Below, one piece after another: positions 27,608-41,575 of a DNA stretch of 64,000 bases; positions within the stretch are counted from its first letter, which is position 1, and each line of letters starts with the position of its first letter. Origin of the DNA: Octopus sinensis (taxonomy: Eukaryota); the NCBI RefSeq assembly GCF_006345805.1, contig NC_042997.1, positions 23,560,001 to 23,624,000 of the forward strand, in the 5' to 3' direction. The notes beneath the pieces were generated by a model. The model searched no databases and was not told where the DNA came from. It was given only the letters and a program-made list of their open reading frames with translations. The translations under genes were made by a program, and so were the position numbers.

Positions 27608-28199
27608 AACTTTTGTTGAAAACATTTCCATATTTATCTTCGTAGCATTCAATAACAATCTATTTCAAAATCTCCAAATATAATGAGTGATTTTATATAT
27701 ATTTGTCCAAAACCACGCAGGAAGGAACAGGAGAGAGAGAGTAGTATATGTGAAGGGAGAAGAGAGAAAATAGTAATTCAGTGAAGGAGAAGTAGTGAGA
27801 GTAATAGCCCTGACTAAGAAGGGAGTGAAAGAAAGTAATAGCAACGAGAGAGAGAAAGTGGCAAAGAGCGTGTTGTGTATCTTGTTTTTCTCAGCCACAA
27901 CATATGAATGAGAAAGGAAGGGGTGAAAAAAAAACCCAGTGTTTCAACTCTGTGTGAGTATATGTGTAAAAGGGAGGTATATGAATGTTTGTGTGTGTGC
28001 ACAATGGAAGTGGGATAGTGAATGGTCAATGCTGAAAAGAAAAATCAAACAGCATTTCAACTCTGTGAGTATATGTGTGTGCATGAACAAGAGAAGTATG
28101 TGAACATTGCCAAGTGTATTAATTTGATTTACCATCCATATTTTCTGCTATAATAATACACTTGTGTATTTCTCTGTCACAACATATGAATGAGAAAGG

Positions 28200-28460
28200 A
28201 ATGTGTAATAGATGAATAAGGAAGGAAGGAGTGATAGATGAATAAGGAAGGAAGTGATAGATATAAGGAAGGAAGGGGTAACAGATGAATAAGGAAGGAA
28301 GGGGTAATAGATGAATAAGGAAGGAAGGGGTAATAGATAAATAAGGAAGGGAGGGGTGATAGATGAATAAGGAAGGAAGGGGTGATAGATGAATAAGGAA
28401 GGGAGGGGTGATAGATGAATAAGGAAGGGAGGGGTGATAGATGAATAAGGAAAGAAGGGC
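28200..28460. repeat. Purine-rich degenerate tandem repeat (gatagatgaataaggaaggaaggggt)n
   Basis: About 10 visible units of ~23-27 bp. Confidence 0.85.
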
Positions 28461-29979
28461 TGACAGCAAACTTGGTAGTGGAATAATGGAAGTTCTATAG
28501 TGAAAAAAAAAATCAAACAGCATTTCAACTCTGTGTGAGTATATGTGTATGTATATAAAAGTGGGTCTTGTGAATGTGTGTGTGCGCATACAATGGAAGT
28601 AGGATGGTGAACATTCAATGCTGAAAAGCAAAATCAAACAGCGTTTCAACTTTGTGCGTGCATGTACAAGGGAGGTATGTGAATGTTTGTATCTGTGATT
28701 ATTATGTACCTTATTTATATATAAAATACTACAATTAGCCGTCATTTTTAACGGCATGGAGCCATATGTATTATGTTTTCAATAATACATAATGAAAACA
28801 TAAGTTAGGCATAATTTCCACATCAGACATAAACATAATTTGAAGGTAATCAATTATGCAAATAATAAAAATCTTCATAAAGACTTTTTAATCTGATAAT
28901 TGTCTACCAATAAATATTTCTATTTATCAAATGATGAACTTCAAAACATATAATCATTTAGTGCAAGAAAAGAAGTAATATCTCCACTTTACAGTCAATT
29001 TTTTTCCCCATTGAACTGTTTTCAGTTTGCTGTTAAATGAAAAAGTCAGCACACTTTTGCCAACTTAACAATGCTAGTTCAAAGTCAACCGACCCAAATT
29101 GGTCAATTCTACAGGGTGGGTTTGTAAAACGTAAAAGATTAGTCCTGACCACTATTTTGTACAACTGTTTCTTGTAGCTTCTTAGATATACCCAGTTGAG
29201 CAAACCTGTTTTGTGAAAGAATACTGTAGTTACTATACTGCATCCAAGAAAAGGCCATTAGCTTGACACAATCTAGAACTATGACCTTTCGACTGTGACA
29301 AAAACAATATATTTTCATGAGATCAATTCTATACTACTCCTACCTACACCCACTCAATGAATCCACATGCCCTAACCATATTTCAATTCCCAGAACATCC
29401 TTCCTATGTGTGTACAATGTTGTACATCTACATAGTGCTTCTTTCATGTATGGTGATGGCTAAAGTTCAGCAATGAAATCTATTAAAACCAAAATATTCT
29501 AGAATAATTCAAAAGACTATTAGTCATTAACTAATATCATCTTTTCCCTGCTGCATAATTGTTCCTATCAGATACAGCTACAAAAATTTGACCAACATCA
29601 AATATTTTGATCAGGCATCTTAAGCTTTAGATTCTCCACTTCTCTGGAATTCTAATTTCACTCATGATTCTTCTGCTAATTATCAATATTTAAAATTGAA
29701 TGAGAAGAACTGTATGAGTCAGCTTGTTACTTGTTGATTTCAAATTCTGGCACAAGGCCAGCAATTTTGGGGGAGGTAGTAAATTGATTACATCAATCCC
29801 AGAGTTCAACTAGTGCTTATTTTATTGACCCTAAGAGGGTGAAAGGCAAAGGGTAAAGTTGACCCCAACAGCATTTGAACTCAGAATTAAAGATGGAAAA
29901 AATGCTGGAAAGCAGTTTTTCCAGTGCAGTAATAATTCCACCAGCTTACCACATTAGTTTGTTATTTAATAATAGTTTC

Positions 29980-30180
29980 AAATTTTGGCATGAGATCAGC
30001 AAGTTCAGGGGGATAGGTAAGTCGATTACATCAACCCCATTGCTTAACTGGTACTTATTTTATAGGCCCCCAAAAGGATGAAAGGTAAAGTCAACCCTGG
30101 TGGAATTTGAACTCAGGACGTAAACAAGCAAAATGCTACTAAGCATTGCACCCAACATGCTAACAATTCTGCCAACTAAC
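29980..30180 (+). repeat. Second dispersed SINE-like family (representative copy)
   Basis: Shared ttttggcacaaggccagc...gatgaaaggcaaagt.gacc..ggtggaatttgaactcag. Copies lie at ~8130-8300, 14790-14980(-), 23900-24030, 29740-29950 and 53150-53270. Confidence 0.75.
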
Positions 30181-30675
30181 TGTCTTGTTTGTTAATTTTT
30201 TAAAAACTATTAAATAGATACACAACACTGAATTTAATTTCAAATAAATAATCCACATTGAAATAATGATAGTTAAATTTCATTTTACATTGAAGTAGCT
30301 ATGTTTAATAACATTTTTAGACTTAATCTGCAGACAATTTAAGATTAACTGAATCTTGGGACTCTTTAGCAGAGTTCAATTTGTTACAAGCATTTAGGCC
30401 AGGCTTCTAGAGTGATGGTAAATTTTGCTCTTCCCCTTCCAACTAGACCTTAAAAAGCCTGCATTTATGAAAACAACAATTCAATACAAGTGAGAGACAA
30501 TCTCTAGTTTTAAAGTTCATTAAAAAACAGATATATTTACCGAGTTGTCTTTCACAGGTTTCCCCATGGTTTATCACAATGCTTGTAAGAACTGGAAGTT
30601 TAAAAAAAATATAACAAAATCAATTCTAAGCTATTGTGTTGTATAAGAAAATACTTTCAAGATTTATTACATTTC

Positions 30676-31567
30676 TGAGGATATGCGTAAGCTCGCAAGA
30701 AATGAAGCCAGTATGCTTCGATGGATGTGTAATGTCAGTGTTCATACTCGACAGAGTGTAAGTACTTTGAGAGACAAGTTGGACCTAAGAAGCATCAGTT
30801 GTGGTGTGCAAGAGAGACGTTTGCGCTGGTATGGTCATGTGGCGAGAATGGATGAAGATAGTTGTGTGAAAAAGTGCCACACCCTAGTGGTTGAGGGAAC
30901 CTGTGGAAGAGGTAGGTAGACCCATGAAAACCTGGGACGAGGTGGTGAAGCATGACCTTCGAACTTTAGGTCTCACCAAGGAAATGACTAGAGACCGAGA
31001 CCTTTGGAAGTATGCTGTGCATGAGAAGACCCGGCAGGACAAGTGAGGCCATAATCCTGTGGCCTCTACCTGGGATGTAGCCAGCCCACTTATGCATTCC
31101 TTTCCTTCTTGGGACACAAAACTCCACTTGTGAAGACCTGTTGAAGCAAGTGAAAATCAAAATTGTAATCGATCAACATCAATGGAATTTGTAGCTGCTG
31201 GCATGTAAGAGAACCATCCGAACGTGGCCGTAGCCAGCGCCGCCCTGACTGGCCTCCGTGCTGGTGGCACGTAAAAAGCACCATCCGATCGTGGCCGTTG
31301 CCAGCTTAGTCTGGTCTCTGTGCCGGTGGCACGTAAAAAGCACCATCCGATCATGGCTGTTTGCCAGCCTCATCTGGTACCTGTGCCAGTGGCACGTAAA
31401 AAGCACCCACTACACTCATGGAGTAGTTGGCGTTAGGAAGGGCATCCAGCTGTAGAAACACTGCCAGATCAGACTGGACCTGGTGCAGCCTTCTGGCTTC
31501 CCAGACCCCAGTTGAACCGTCCAACCCATGCTAGCATGGAAAGCGGACGTTAAATGATGATGATGAT
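30676..31567 (+). mobile_element. RTE-clade LINE 3' end, same family as 21510-22475
   Basis: Near-identical RT C-terminus followed by the same UTR and (GAT)n tail. Confidence 0.9.
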
Positions 31568-32624
31568 TTAGAGAGAGAGAGATTACTATCACACTACATT
31601 TCTTTGTTTATACAAGCAAATTAAATTTAATAGACTGCGCTGTCAGTCAACTAGCCAGACATACCAACTAAATCTTCTGCAAATCAAATCCTTTCTGTTT
31701 AAATAAATAAAAACAAACATGCTTACCCACTAAAAAATAGGATGGTCACAGTGGAAATGTTTTTGGTCATAAGTCTGCAGGATAGGAGCAACATGGGTAA
31801 ACAACAATTAATGTTTATATGAATATTGAAACAAAGAATGCAAAATTAAACGTTTTATAACAATTACTTTCATCTACCTCTCTGGTATCGACAACATAAA
31901 CACCAATTCGAATGGAATACTAAGTAGTCAAAAGAATTGACCGCCTTCCTCTTTGGTATTAAAAAAGTCAACTAAGTAGGTGTAGGAGTGGCTGTGTGGT
32001 AAGTAGCTTGCTTACCAACCATATGGTTCCGGGTTCATTCCCACTGCGTGGCACCTTGAGCAAGTGTCTTCTACTATAGCCTTAGGCCAAGCAAAGTCTT
32101 GTGAGTGGATTTGGTAGACGGAAACTGAAAAGTTCATCGTATATATGTATATATTTGTGTGTGTGTGTGTGTCTGTATTTATCCCCCGCCCAACATTGCC
32201 TGACAACCGATGGTGGTGTGTTTACATCCCTGTAACTTAGCGGTTCGGCAAAAGAGACCGATAGAATAAGCACTAGGGTTACAAAGAATAAGTCCTGGGG
32301 TCGATTTGCTCGACTAAAGGCGGTGCTCCAGCATGGCCACAGTCAAATGACTGAAACAAGTAAAAGAGTGTCGCGAGGGGCTAAATACAGTTTCGCACCT
32401 CTCCTTGAAAAATGTATTTTTTGGGAAAAAAAAAAAAATAATTTTTTAAATTTCACCCACCCCAAAATAAAATTTTTGATTTTGCTTACTTTAAAGAGAT
32501 TGTAGTGAATTGACAAGCATATGCAAATCGAAATCAAATACAGACAAAAGTATTAAAGTGAAAAAAATCTGTGTTTTACTTGTTGGCTTTAATCATAAAT
32601 AATGATTTAATGTAAATTAACTAT

Positions 32625-33036
32625 AGGCGCAGGAGTGGCTGTGTGGTAAGTATCTTGCTTACCAACCACATGGTTCCAGGTTCAGTCCCACTGCGTGGCA
32701 CCTTGGGTAAGTGTCTTCTACTATAGCCTCAGGCCGACCAAAGCCTTGTGAGTGGATTTGGTAGACAGAAACTGAAAGAAGCCCGTCGTATATATGTACA
32801 TATATATATATATATATGTGTGTGCGTGTATGTTTGTATGTCTGTGTTTGTCCCCCTAGCATTGCTTGACAACCGATGCTGGTGTGTTTATGTCCCCGTC
32901 ACTTAGCGGTTCGGCAAAAGAGACCGATATAATAAGTACTGGGCTTACAAAGAATAAGTCCCGGGGTCGAGTTGCTCGATTAAAGGTGGTGCTCTAGCAT
33001 GGCCGCAGTCAAATGACTGAAACAAGTAAAAGAGTA
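32625..33036 (+). mobile_element. tRNA-headed SINE with internal (TA)/(TG) microsatellite (representative copy)
   Basis: A/B-box-like head (tggctgtgtggtaag, ggttcagtccc). Further copies lie at ~15001-15402(-), 19965-20400(-), 22612-23215(+), 31981-32368(+), 33395-34158(-), 37575-37990(-), 52384-52755(+), 61106-61500(-) and partially 3120-3420. Confidence 0.85.
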
Positions 33037-33480
33037 TACACCATTTTATGAGAAACAAGCAATATTTAATAATGTTATAAAGTTTAATAAGGGGTTCAAA
33101 TTTCACCCCCTCCCCCAATTTTAAATTATAAACTTTTTCATCTGTTTATTCATTTATCTGTATATCCCTGTCTGTTTATTCATTTATCTGTATATCCCTG
33201 TCTGTTTATTTATAAAATAGATTTGTCAGCTAAATGTGGCAGTCCTATAGAGGACGGTGTTATTGTTGTTTTTAGCTCCAGGAAGACATTCATATCTATC
33301 TCTTTATACACACATCTAATATGCTTATTGAATTTAAAATTTTGAAAACGTGGTTTCTTGCATATTCGAAATCTCCATCATCTAAAACACTTACTCTTTA
33401 CTCTTTTATTTGGTTCAGTCATTTGACTGTCGCCATGCTTGAGCACTGCCTTTAGTCGAGCAACTTGACCCCAGGACTTA

Positions 33481-33830
33481 TAATAATGAAATTATTGTAT
33501 ACAGTGCTCAGGTGCACCACAACTTGTCAGAAAGTGCGTATAAAGTATATGCTGTAATGTACAAATGTCTGGAAAGCAAACAATGTATGAGTCAGATACA
33601 TGCTTGTGTGTGTATGGAGGGGAGAAAATCAGGTGTAGTGTTAGCGAATCTCAGAAAGCATGGAAGTTTTGAAGGATGCAGTGCTCCGACAACTAACAAC
33701 TGATGCCGGCAGTTTGTTCCATGCTTCAGCAACTCTGAGTGTGAAAAAATGTTTCCTAAAGTCATGGGAGCTGTGCTGTTTTCTGACTTTGTAAATATGT
33801 CCACGGGTGGAGTTTGAAAAGGTGCTCAGA
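33481..33830 (-). mobile_element. CR1-like LINE 3' fragment nested in a SINE; related copy at ~1545-1900
   Basis: 33592-33804 and 1599-1892 translate to nearly the same peptides. The flanks are the two halves of one SINE. Confidence 0.7.
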
Positions 33831-34429
33831 GTTATTGTTTGTAAGACTTATCCTTTGTAAGCCTAGTACTTATTCTATCGGTCTCTCTTGCCGAACCACT
33901 AAGTTACAGGGACGTAAACACACCAGCATTGGTTGCCAAGCGATGTTGGGGGGACAGACACAGACACACAAACATGCACATATATATACATACAAACAAT
34001 GGGCTTCTTTCAGTTTCCGTCTACCAAATCCACTCACAATCACTCGGGCTTTGGTCGGCCCGAGGCTATAGTAGATGACACATGCCCAAGGTGCCACACA
34101 GTGGGACTGAACCCAGAACCATGTGGTTCGTAAGCAAGCTACTTACCACACAGCCACTGGGAAAAAAAATTTCGAAAAGTTCAAAATTTTAAATGGGAGT
34201 GGGGGGGAGTAAATTCTTTTTTTTTTTTGCATATTCGTCTCCGACATTTGAAACGTAGGAATCCCCCCCAATTTTTTTTTTTTAATGCATTTTTCAAGGA
34301 GAGGGGCGGAACTGCATTAGCCCCTGTCGTGATTGCCTTTCAACCTCTAATTAATAATGTTTTACTTTGCTCCCCCACTCACCCCAAAAAAACTCATGTA
34401 TCTATTGGAAAAAAGTTATGAAGGTAAAT

Positions 34430-35140
34430 CGGTCTTCTTTCATTAGAAACAATACCGGTAAGATTTTAGTTAACAAAAACAAAAAAAACCAGCCTGCTGG
34501 GTGTTAGCAACTGTGTTAGAAAACGAATATGACAAATAAAAATTGTGCAAACGAACCTGGGAACCTCGGAAAATTCACAAGATCCGATTTTTCCGTCATA
34601 ACTTTCAAGAAAATGGATATATATTGATTTTTTGGTACTACTAGCGAACAGTGGTCCCGGTACGCGCATCCGCGCTAGCTAGTCATGACTAGTCGATCCT
34701 TTGTGTTTTTGTGTGTTATTTACTTTGTTTAAAAAATGATTTACTGTGTTTTTGTTTTATTTACTTTGATAGGTAGTCGTTGTAGGATCGACTAGTCACG
34801 ACTAGCTAGCGCGGATGCGCGAATACGCGCACTGTTCTCAAATAGTACCATATATATATATATACATATATATATATACCCCCAACGCCCTCCTCTCCCA
34901 ATTCAATGGCCTTGACCTTCAAGCAGGCTATCCGCATGCTAGAAATAACAGCCCAAAATCGGATCTTGTGAATTTTCCGAAAGTCCTTCACCCACTCAGG
35001 TTCGTTTGCGCAAATTTTTTTTTGTCATATTCGTTTGCTACACAGTTGTTTAACACCCAGCAGGCTGTGTTTTCCTTTGTTTTTGTTAACTAGTGAAGAT
35101 CTTTATATTAACCGATTTTATGTTGTTTCTAACGAAAGAA
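34430..35140. mobile_element. Fold-back element with long imperfect inverted arms
   Basis: 34467-34700 is the reverse complement of ~34783-35092 (e.g. gaaaattcacaagatccgatttt / aaaatcggatcttgtgaattttc). Confidence 0.8.
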
Positions 35141-35399
35141 TGCCGGTAAGGTAAATCGTTTATTCCCATAAATATTTCTTTTAACATGTTGGTCATGATA
35201 TTAGTTAATAAATCCTATCGGTGCTTATTCCATAACTCCGTCAAAATGCATATAAAAAAGATATGTATTGTAAATAATTTCAAAGTATTCAATTAAGTGT
35301 ATAGGTTCACGTGTTCAAATAACTATCACTTTTACATGAACTGATACTTGAAGTGAGTGCAGTTATGTTTTACTAAAATATCAACGTTTTTCTCCTGCA

Positions 35400-36250
35400 A
35401 CATCACTGTTTTCACGAAAGGAACCTCTACGTAGTCGTCCGAGACATTAGAAATAGCAGTCCAACTACACGCTACCATCTTACAAAAAGAAAAAAAAAAG
35501 AGACCGTGCCCGAAATAAGAAAAAAGATGAGATGAGATTATCAAAGCGGCAGGGGTAACCAGAAATTAAGAGTTAAAAGCAATATCATGTATATACTTTC
35601 ACAGTATTAAACATTTGAAGGCGTGTATTTATACAACTGTTTTCCAACTCAGATACCACCAAGCGTGCTTAGAACTAAGGAACAGTCTGAATTTCTACCA
35701 ACTGTATATCTAAAACATCGATAAGCATCTAAATTTTCTAAACAAATACGAAAGATATACTGGAAGATACTTTGTGGCGGGGACGCTCCGTTATTGAAAA
35801 GATGTTTTACAATATTGAACTATATTTATTTCGACTCGGTATAATGCTACTTCCTAAAGTAATATAGTGTCGATTGAATTAAAACTAGATTATAGATACT
35901 TATTTCATTAGCTTGGGGGAAATAATGACGCAGTTAAAAAGAATAGTTTTGTAGGGTTGAGATTTATGATAAAAAAGAGTTTAAAAACAAACAGAAAAAA
36001 TGGAAATAAATGAACACATAAATATATATGCATAATTTTGTAGTATAACAACACAGTTTACCAGCATTCGGCTCCGATGACAATGTTTAGTTTAAAATTG
36101 GCGCGATCTGCCTCGGGAAGACCGGTTCTTGTGACGAGTGAAAATAAGTTCCGTCTATTATAAAAGTCCGTTGTATGTTTTGCAGTGGTTTTCTAACCGT
36201 TTAAAGCTCGTGGCTCACTTGGAATCTTTAATTTTTCTGTGGTCCCCTGG
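35400..36250. promoter_or_regulatory. Candidate promoter/5' region of DNA2 (CpG-enriched, non-repeat)
   Basis: Local CpG enrichment outside recognisable repeats, upstream of the first identified DNA2 exon; no transcript evidence. Confidence 0.3.
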
Positions 36251-36339
36251 TCATTATTTGTGGAAAAAAAAAGTATTCCCGTTTTGTAACAGTTAGGATT
36301 AATAGGAGAAATAGGTCACTTTTGATAAAAAATAAAAAA

Positions 36340-36736
36340 TCTTTATTTATAAAAGTAAGGTTGTGTGTCTGTCTCCTACGATTTAGATTCCTAACTACTC
36401 CCACATTTTGCGGTGCAGTTTAACCAAAACCGGGTATCATATAGTCGTGATTCATATCGAGCCCTTCTGGGTATTAGCGCGCGTCTACGATGAGTCTACA
36501 ATTAAAAAAAAAATTTACCATCATTTTTTTCCATTTTAATGCGTTTTTCGCTATTATATAAGGGAAGTAACTCTCTAAAAATATCTACGATGAGTCAACG
36601 ATTTAAAAAAAATTTACCATCATTTTTTTTTCCATTTTTAATGCATTTTTTTGCTATTTTTTGGCTATAACTCTCTAAAAATGCTTATATAGTTATTTCC
36701 CTTACAAACCCGAGCAACGCCGGGCGATACTGCTAG
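36340..36736 (+). mobile_element. Non-autonomous Helitron
   Basis: a|TC start; shares ~130 bp of 3' sequence and the CTAG|t end with 45807-46179. Confidence 0.85.
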
Positions 36737-37149
36737 TTTTTAATAAAAATAAAATTTGTAAAATTTATGAAATAATAACCTTTTACATATTGTTTTAAAT
36801 TAGTGTCATTATCACGAAATGTATTTCAACATTGATAATTTGTAATGAAAACAATTTCTGAACAAAAATTTAATCCGTTTTCAACTATTAATGCATAAAA
36901 TCCATAAGAATATTAGTGTCTATCAATTGCATACTTAATCCCTCTATTATTCTATTTTACACACGGAACAAATATATTTTGTGGGTTCAATAAAACAACC
37001 ATTCATAATCATACATTGTAACAAAAAAATCTTTGGCACCCAGGAAATTAATAACTTCTAAAAAAAATATGTTACTCTCTCGGTACAAAAATATAATCGT
37101 TTAGCAAAATATAAAAAATATCATATTACCTTTTTACTGCATTGAATAA

Positions 37150-37560
37150 GAACGTTGTGGCTGATACAATTTCATAAGTTTTTCAATATCAGAAGTCCAT
37201 GGTTGTTACAGAAAAATATCACCTTTACTTATAATTTTTAAGCAATTGCAAGCTTTTGATACTAGAAAGGGAATTTCAAAGCAATTTTACTACTTGTCCA
37301 TAAGTGAAGCCATGGTTAAATTTTACTGGAGTAATTTGATTACTCCGCAACTCAATAAAGCTTTCTTGTAGTTTAATATCAATACCAGCTGCATTTGTCC
37401 TAGAGGGGTCTATGACCAAGCTTGGAAAATTTATTTTCAGGAGATCTTTTAACCTAATTTATGTACCATTGTGCAATTTCTTCAAGAGCTCAATGTACTC
37501 TAAAATACCACCCTCTTCCTACTCCTCCTCACTAATATCAAGTGTTGGTAAATGCATAAA
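37150..37560 (-). mobile_element. hAT (Buster/Charlie-like) transposase C-terminal remnant
   Basis: Reads Y.E.L.KLH...RLKDLL...P..VIDP...LQESFIEL..N, with stops. Confidence 0.5.
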
Positions 37561-40500
37561 CTCCTAATATTCTCTTTTACTCTTTTACTCTTTTACTTGT
37601 TTCAGTCATTTGACTGCGGCCATGCTGGAGTACCGCCTTTAGTCGAGCAAATCGACCCCAGGACTTATTCTTTGTAAGCCCAGTACTTATTCAATCGGTC
37701 TCTTTTGCCGAACCGCTAAGTGACGGGGACGTAAACACACCAGCATCGGTTGTCAAGCAATGCTAGGGGGACAAACACGGATACACAAACACACACACAT
37801 ACATATATATATATATATGCATATATACGACAGGCTTCTTTCAGTTTCCGTCTACCAAATCCACTCACAAGGCATTGGTCGGCCCGGGGCTATAGCAGAA
37901 GACACTTGCCCAAGATGCCACACAGTGGGACTGAACCCGGAACCATGTGGTTGGTTAGCAAGCTACTTACCACACAGCCACTCCTGCGCCTGAATTTATT
38001 AAGTTTTCCATGGAAAGCTCTAATAACCTCTTTACAAATTAAAAGATTGTTTTGTTTTGTTTTTTACCTTGTAGCTTTTGTTCAGCAAATTTAACCCTTC
38101 AAATATATCTGAAAGGTAGAATATGTCAGCTAAGATTTCTTCACTAAGTGGTTTACCATTCAGAAACAATACAATACTGTCTCAAAGTTCAAGGAAGCCA
38201 CCTTTAAAGACTATCACTGGATTTCATCATCATCATCATCATCGTTTAGCGTTCGCTTTCCATGCTAGCATGGGTTGGACGGTTCAACTGGGGTCTGGGA
38301 AGCCAGAAGGCTTCACCAGGCCCAGTCTGATCTGGCAATGTTTCTATGGCTGGATGCCCTTCCTAACGCCAACCACTCCGTGAGTGTAGTGGGTGATTTT
38401 TACGTGCCACCGGCACATACGAGTGAATAAATTGATCTAAACTAAAACTTTCACCAGACAATGTCCCTGTCTTAGAGTTTGTGGTTCTGGTTGTATATGT
38501 GTTCCATGAGTTCTTGAGTGTTTGTCTTTATTTTATTTAATATGCAATATTTTTCATTAACCATTTACTTAAGATTAATTACTTGTTTGCTCAATATATC
38601 TGTCTCACAGAAGCAGTGACAAGTGACTGAGACCTTTGACGATATACCATGCTTGGTAAGACCTGTCGAACCAAGAAAGATTGTAGTTGTGGCTGATGCC
38701 GGTGTTACATATCTGGCGCCTGTGCTAGTGGCACGTAAAAAGCACTCACTACACTCTTGGAGTGGTTGGCATTAGGAAGGGCATCCAGCCATAGAAACCA
38801 TGCCAAATTAGACTGGAACCTAGTGCAGCTCCCCAGCTTACCAGTTTTCGGTCAAACCATCCAACCCACGCCAGCATGGAAAAACAGACATTAAATGATG
38901 ATGATGATCATCATCATATGTGAACTTCAAAGCAGAAATATAATATTCAATTCTTACTAGACTTTCCAATGTCAGTTTGATATTTTTTTAATCAATAAAT
39001 TATTATCAAAGTGTGAAATGAATTCTGTTTTTTTTCTCTGTCGTGACAGAACTGAAGATATAAAAAATACATTATTTGTATGCATATTTTTGTGTGTAAA
39101 TTTTAAAGAATGACAGACAGTAAAAGAATATTTTAGGGAAAAACAGATAGCTAGTTGTGTGGACTCCTTCACTGAGCCTGTAGCAGTACTCAGCATTTGA
39201 AATTGTCAATTCAGGAATGAGAAAAGGCTATATTCGGCAACAGCTGTCCATATCAGGTGATTCTGGCCCATATTTCAGCTACTCATTATTCTGGAACATT
39301 TGTGTAGGTGTTAAGATCAATAGAAAATTTCATTCAGATTTGTGCCAAATCATCATCATCATCATCATCATCGTTTAACGTCCGTTCTCCATGCTAGCAT
39401 GGGTTGGACGGTTCGACTGGGGATCTGGGAAGCCAGAAGGCTGCACCAGGCCCCAGTCTTATCTGGCAATGTTTCAACTGGAGCCTGGTGCAGCCTTCTG
39501 GCTTCCCAGATCCCCGATGCATGGAAAATACAAGGCAGCAGAGCCAGGAGACTCATAAAGCTTTCTTGGTAGCTATGCCACTCTGACCTCTTGCCAAGCA
39601 TGAATACAGAGCATTTTCTCCTCTTACATACTAGCTACTGGTATTCAGTAGCTTTTTGTAAAGTAACAATTATAGCGTCAGTCAGTAAATAAACATGTTA
39701 ATAAAATACAAATAGTGGGAACAGCATGCAGCCAGACTAAATAAACCAGCTCCCACCTAACCAATTCTACAACCCTGTGCCTCTTTTCCTCTCCTGATTT
39801 CCACTGTGGCTCAATGAAATGTATCATGGCCCAAGTTGAGAAAATACTGAAAGAAAAAGACTCTTTCATCTTGATTTTTTTAACTTTGAAATGTAACCGA
39901 TGAATTAATTCCTTTCAATTCTGTATTTTTAAAAAATTGAGTAATTTTTCAGATTACTCAAGTAAAATTTAGCTCTAGATTTTTCGGATGGTTCTTACAC
40001 AAAGCAAAACATCAGACTTATAATGATAGAGAAAATTTTCAAATTTAGTATATTGATGTAATTTTTCATGCTGAATCTTACGTCATTCACTTGTCCCACC
40101 AAAAAATTTAGAAAAATATTACAGTGGTTTAAAGTTTGGTATTGATGATGAGCACTCAACTGTTCAATCAACTGATCTACCTACTCATTAAATTAACTGT
40201 AAGTGGTGAGTATTCCACTGACATGTATACCTGTAGCACCTGTATGGCTGACCTGGAGCTAAACAACAACTAACTTTCTAAATAATTTCAAAATAATAAA
40301 CCACCTTTGAATGTTGAAAACTAGCAAAGTATTACATATACATTGGAAAAGTGGATTAGCATACAGCTTGGTTAGTTAGTTCTTTTCATGCCATGGGGCA
40401 CATAAAGCTGCAATATGATCTCTCCAACCAGCTCTGTTTTCTTTCACTGTCTTGATCTCATTCCAGTTTCCACCCTTCTTTTCTCCTTTCCTTGTCAATG

Positions 40501-41224
40501 ACCCTTTCCCATGTAGTTTTAGGGCACCCTGCTGCTCTTTTCCCCTCAGGCTTCCACTTTATTTCCACTATACAATTGCTTTCTTTATCTTGTCTGCAGT
40601 TTACCATTATAAAAAGGTGAAAGTAATGCCATTTCATAGAGGAAATTCTACACACTGCTGTTTCAGAACATATGTTGCATAATGCATTCCCACTCATTGT
40701 GATTATACCAGATCTTTCATTCTGTATTTTTTTTTAACATTTTCAATTCTTTTCTGAATTGACATGAAAAAACTGAAGGAATAAAGGAATAAATATATTT
40801 TAAATGTATATCTCACTGATATGGTAATATAACTTAAAGCAAAACAGCACCTTAAATGTATCATAATGAGAAAATGTTTTATAACTGCATATGCTTACTT
40901 ACATAGTTTTAAAGCAACGATTTGAAATAGCTAATTAAGGATGACACAAGTAAAGCAATCTTAGGCCATGAAGAATTTATTGGATCTTTTCTGCTCGGTT
41001 CACACTTTTCAATTCCTTCGATTTTGTTCTAATTGATATCAAATTTGGTGTATTGATATAGTTTTGTGTGCTGATAATGGAAATGAAATTCATTTTTTCC
41101 ATAAATTAATTAATAAAATGTTAATAACTTTTAAAGTTTGCAAAGTTTGGGTAAATTTAGCCAATCAAAAGTCACAGACATATTGGTGCCTGTTTCCAAA
41201 GTAACAAACCAAAGTAAAGCCTAT

Positions 41225-41575
41225 TATGGGAGGACTGTTGAGGTAGATGAAACAGTCTACTCAAGATGTAAATACAATTGAAGAAGGGTGCTACTTGAGC
41301 AGTATGTTTTTGGAAGAGTGTGTTGCAAGACCAGACATGCTTTTCTTTATGCAGTGCCATATCAGAATCATGACATTCAGGAAGAATGCATACATCAGTT
41401 CATTCTTCCAGGAAACATTTTTCAGTAACTTGTGGAGGGTCTACTTTCACATATCGAAAACTGATGGTTATAATTTTCAACATAGAACAGTGAACCACAT
41501 CGTTTAGTTGATTAACTCCAAAGATGGTACCCACACACAAGTGGAAAGCACATGGGCCTCTGTAAAATGAAGTAA
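41225..41575 (+). mobile_element. Merlin/IS1595-family (ISXO2-like) transposase remnant
   Basis: Across frames it reads VEVDET..SRCKYN, YVFG, ILPG, ..LWRVY, GY..QHRTVNH and GTHTQVESTW; contains stops and frameshifts. Confidence 0.75.

Noticed and set aside
35332-35544. 70-aa ORF as a possible first coding exon of DNA2
   Set aside because: I found no convincing in-phase donor or homology; the region is retained only as a weak promoter candidate.
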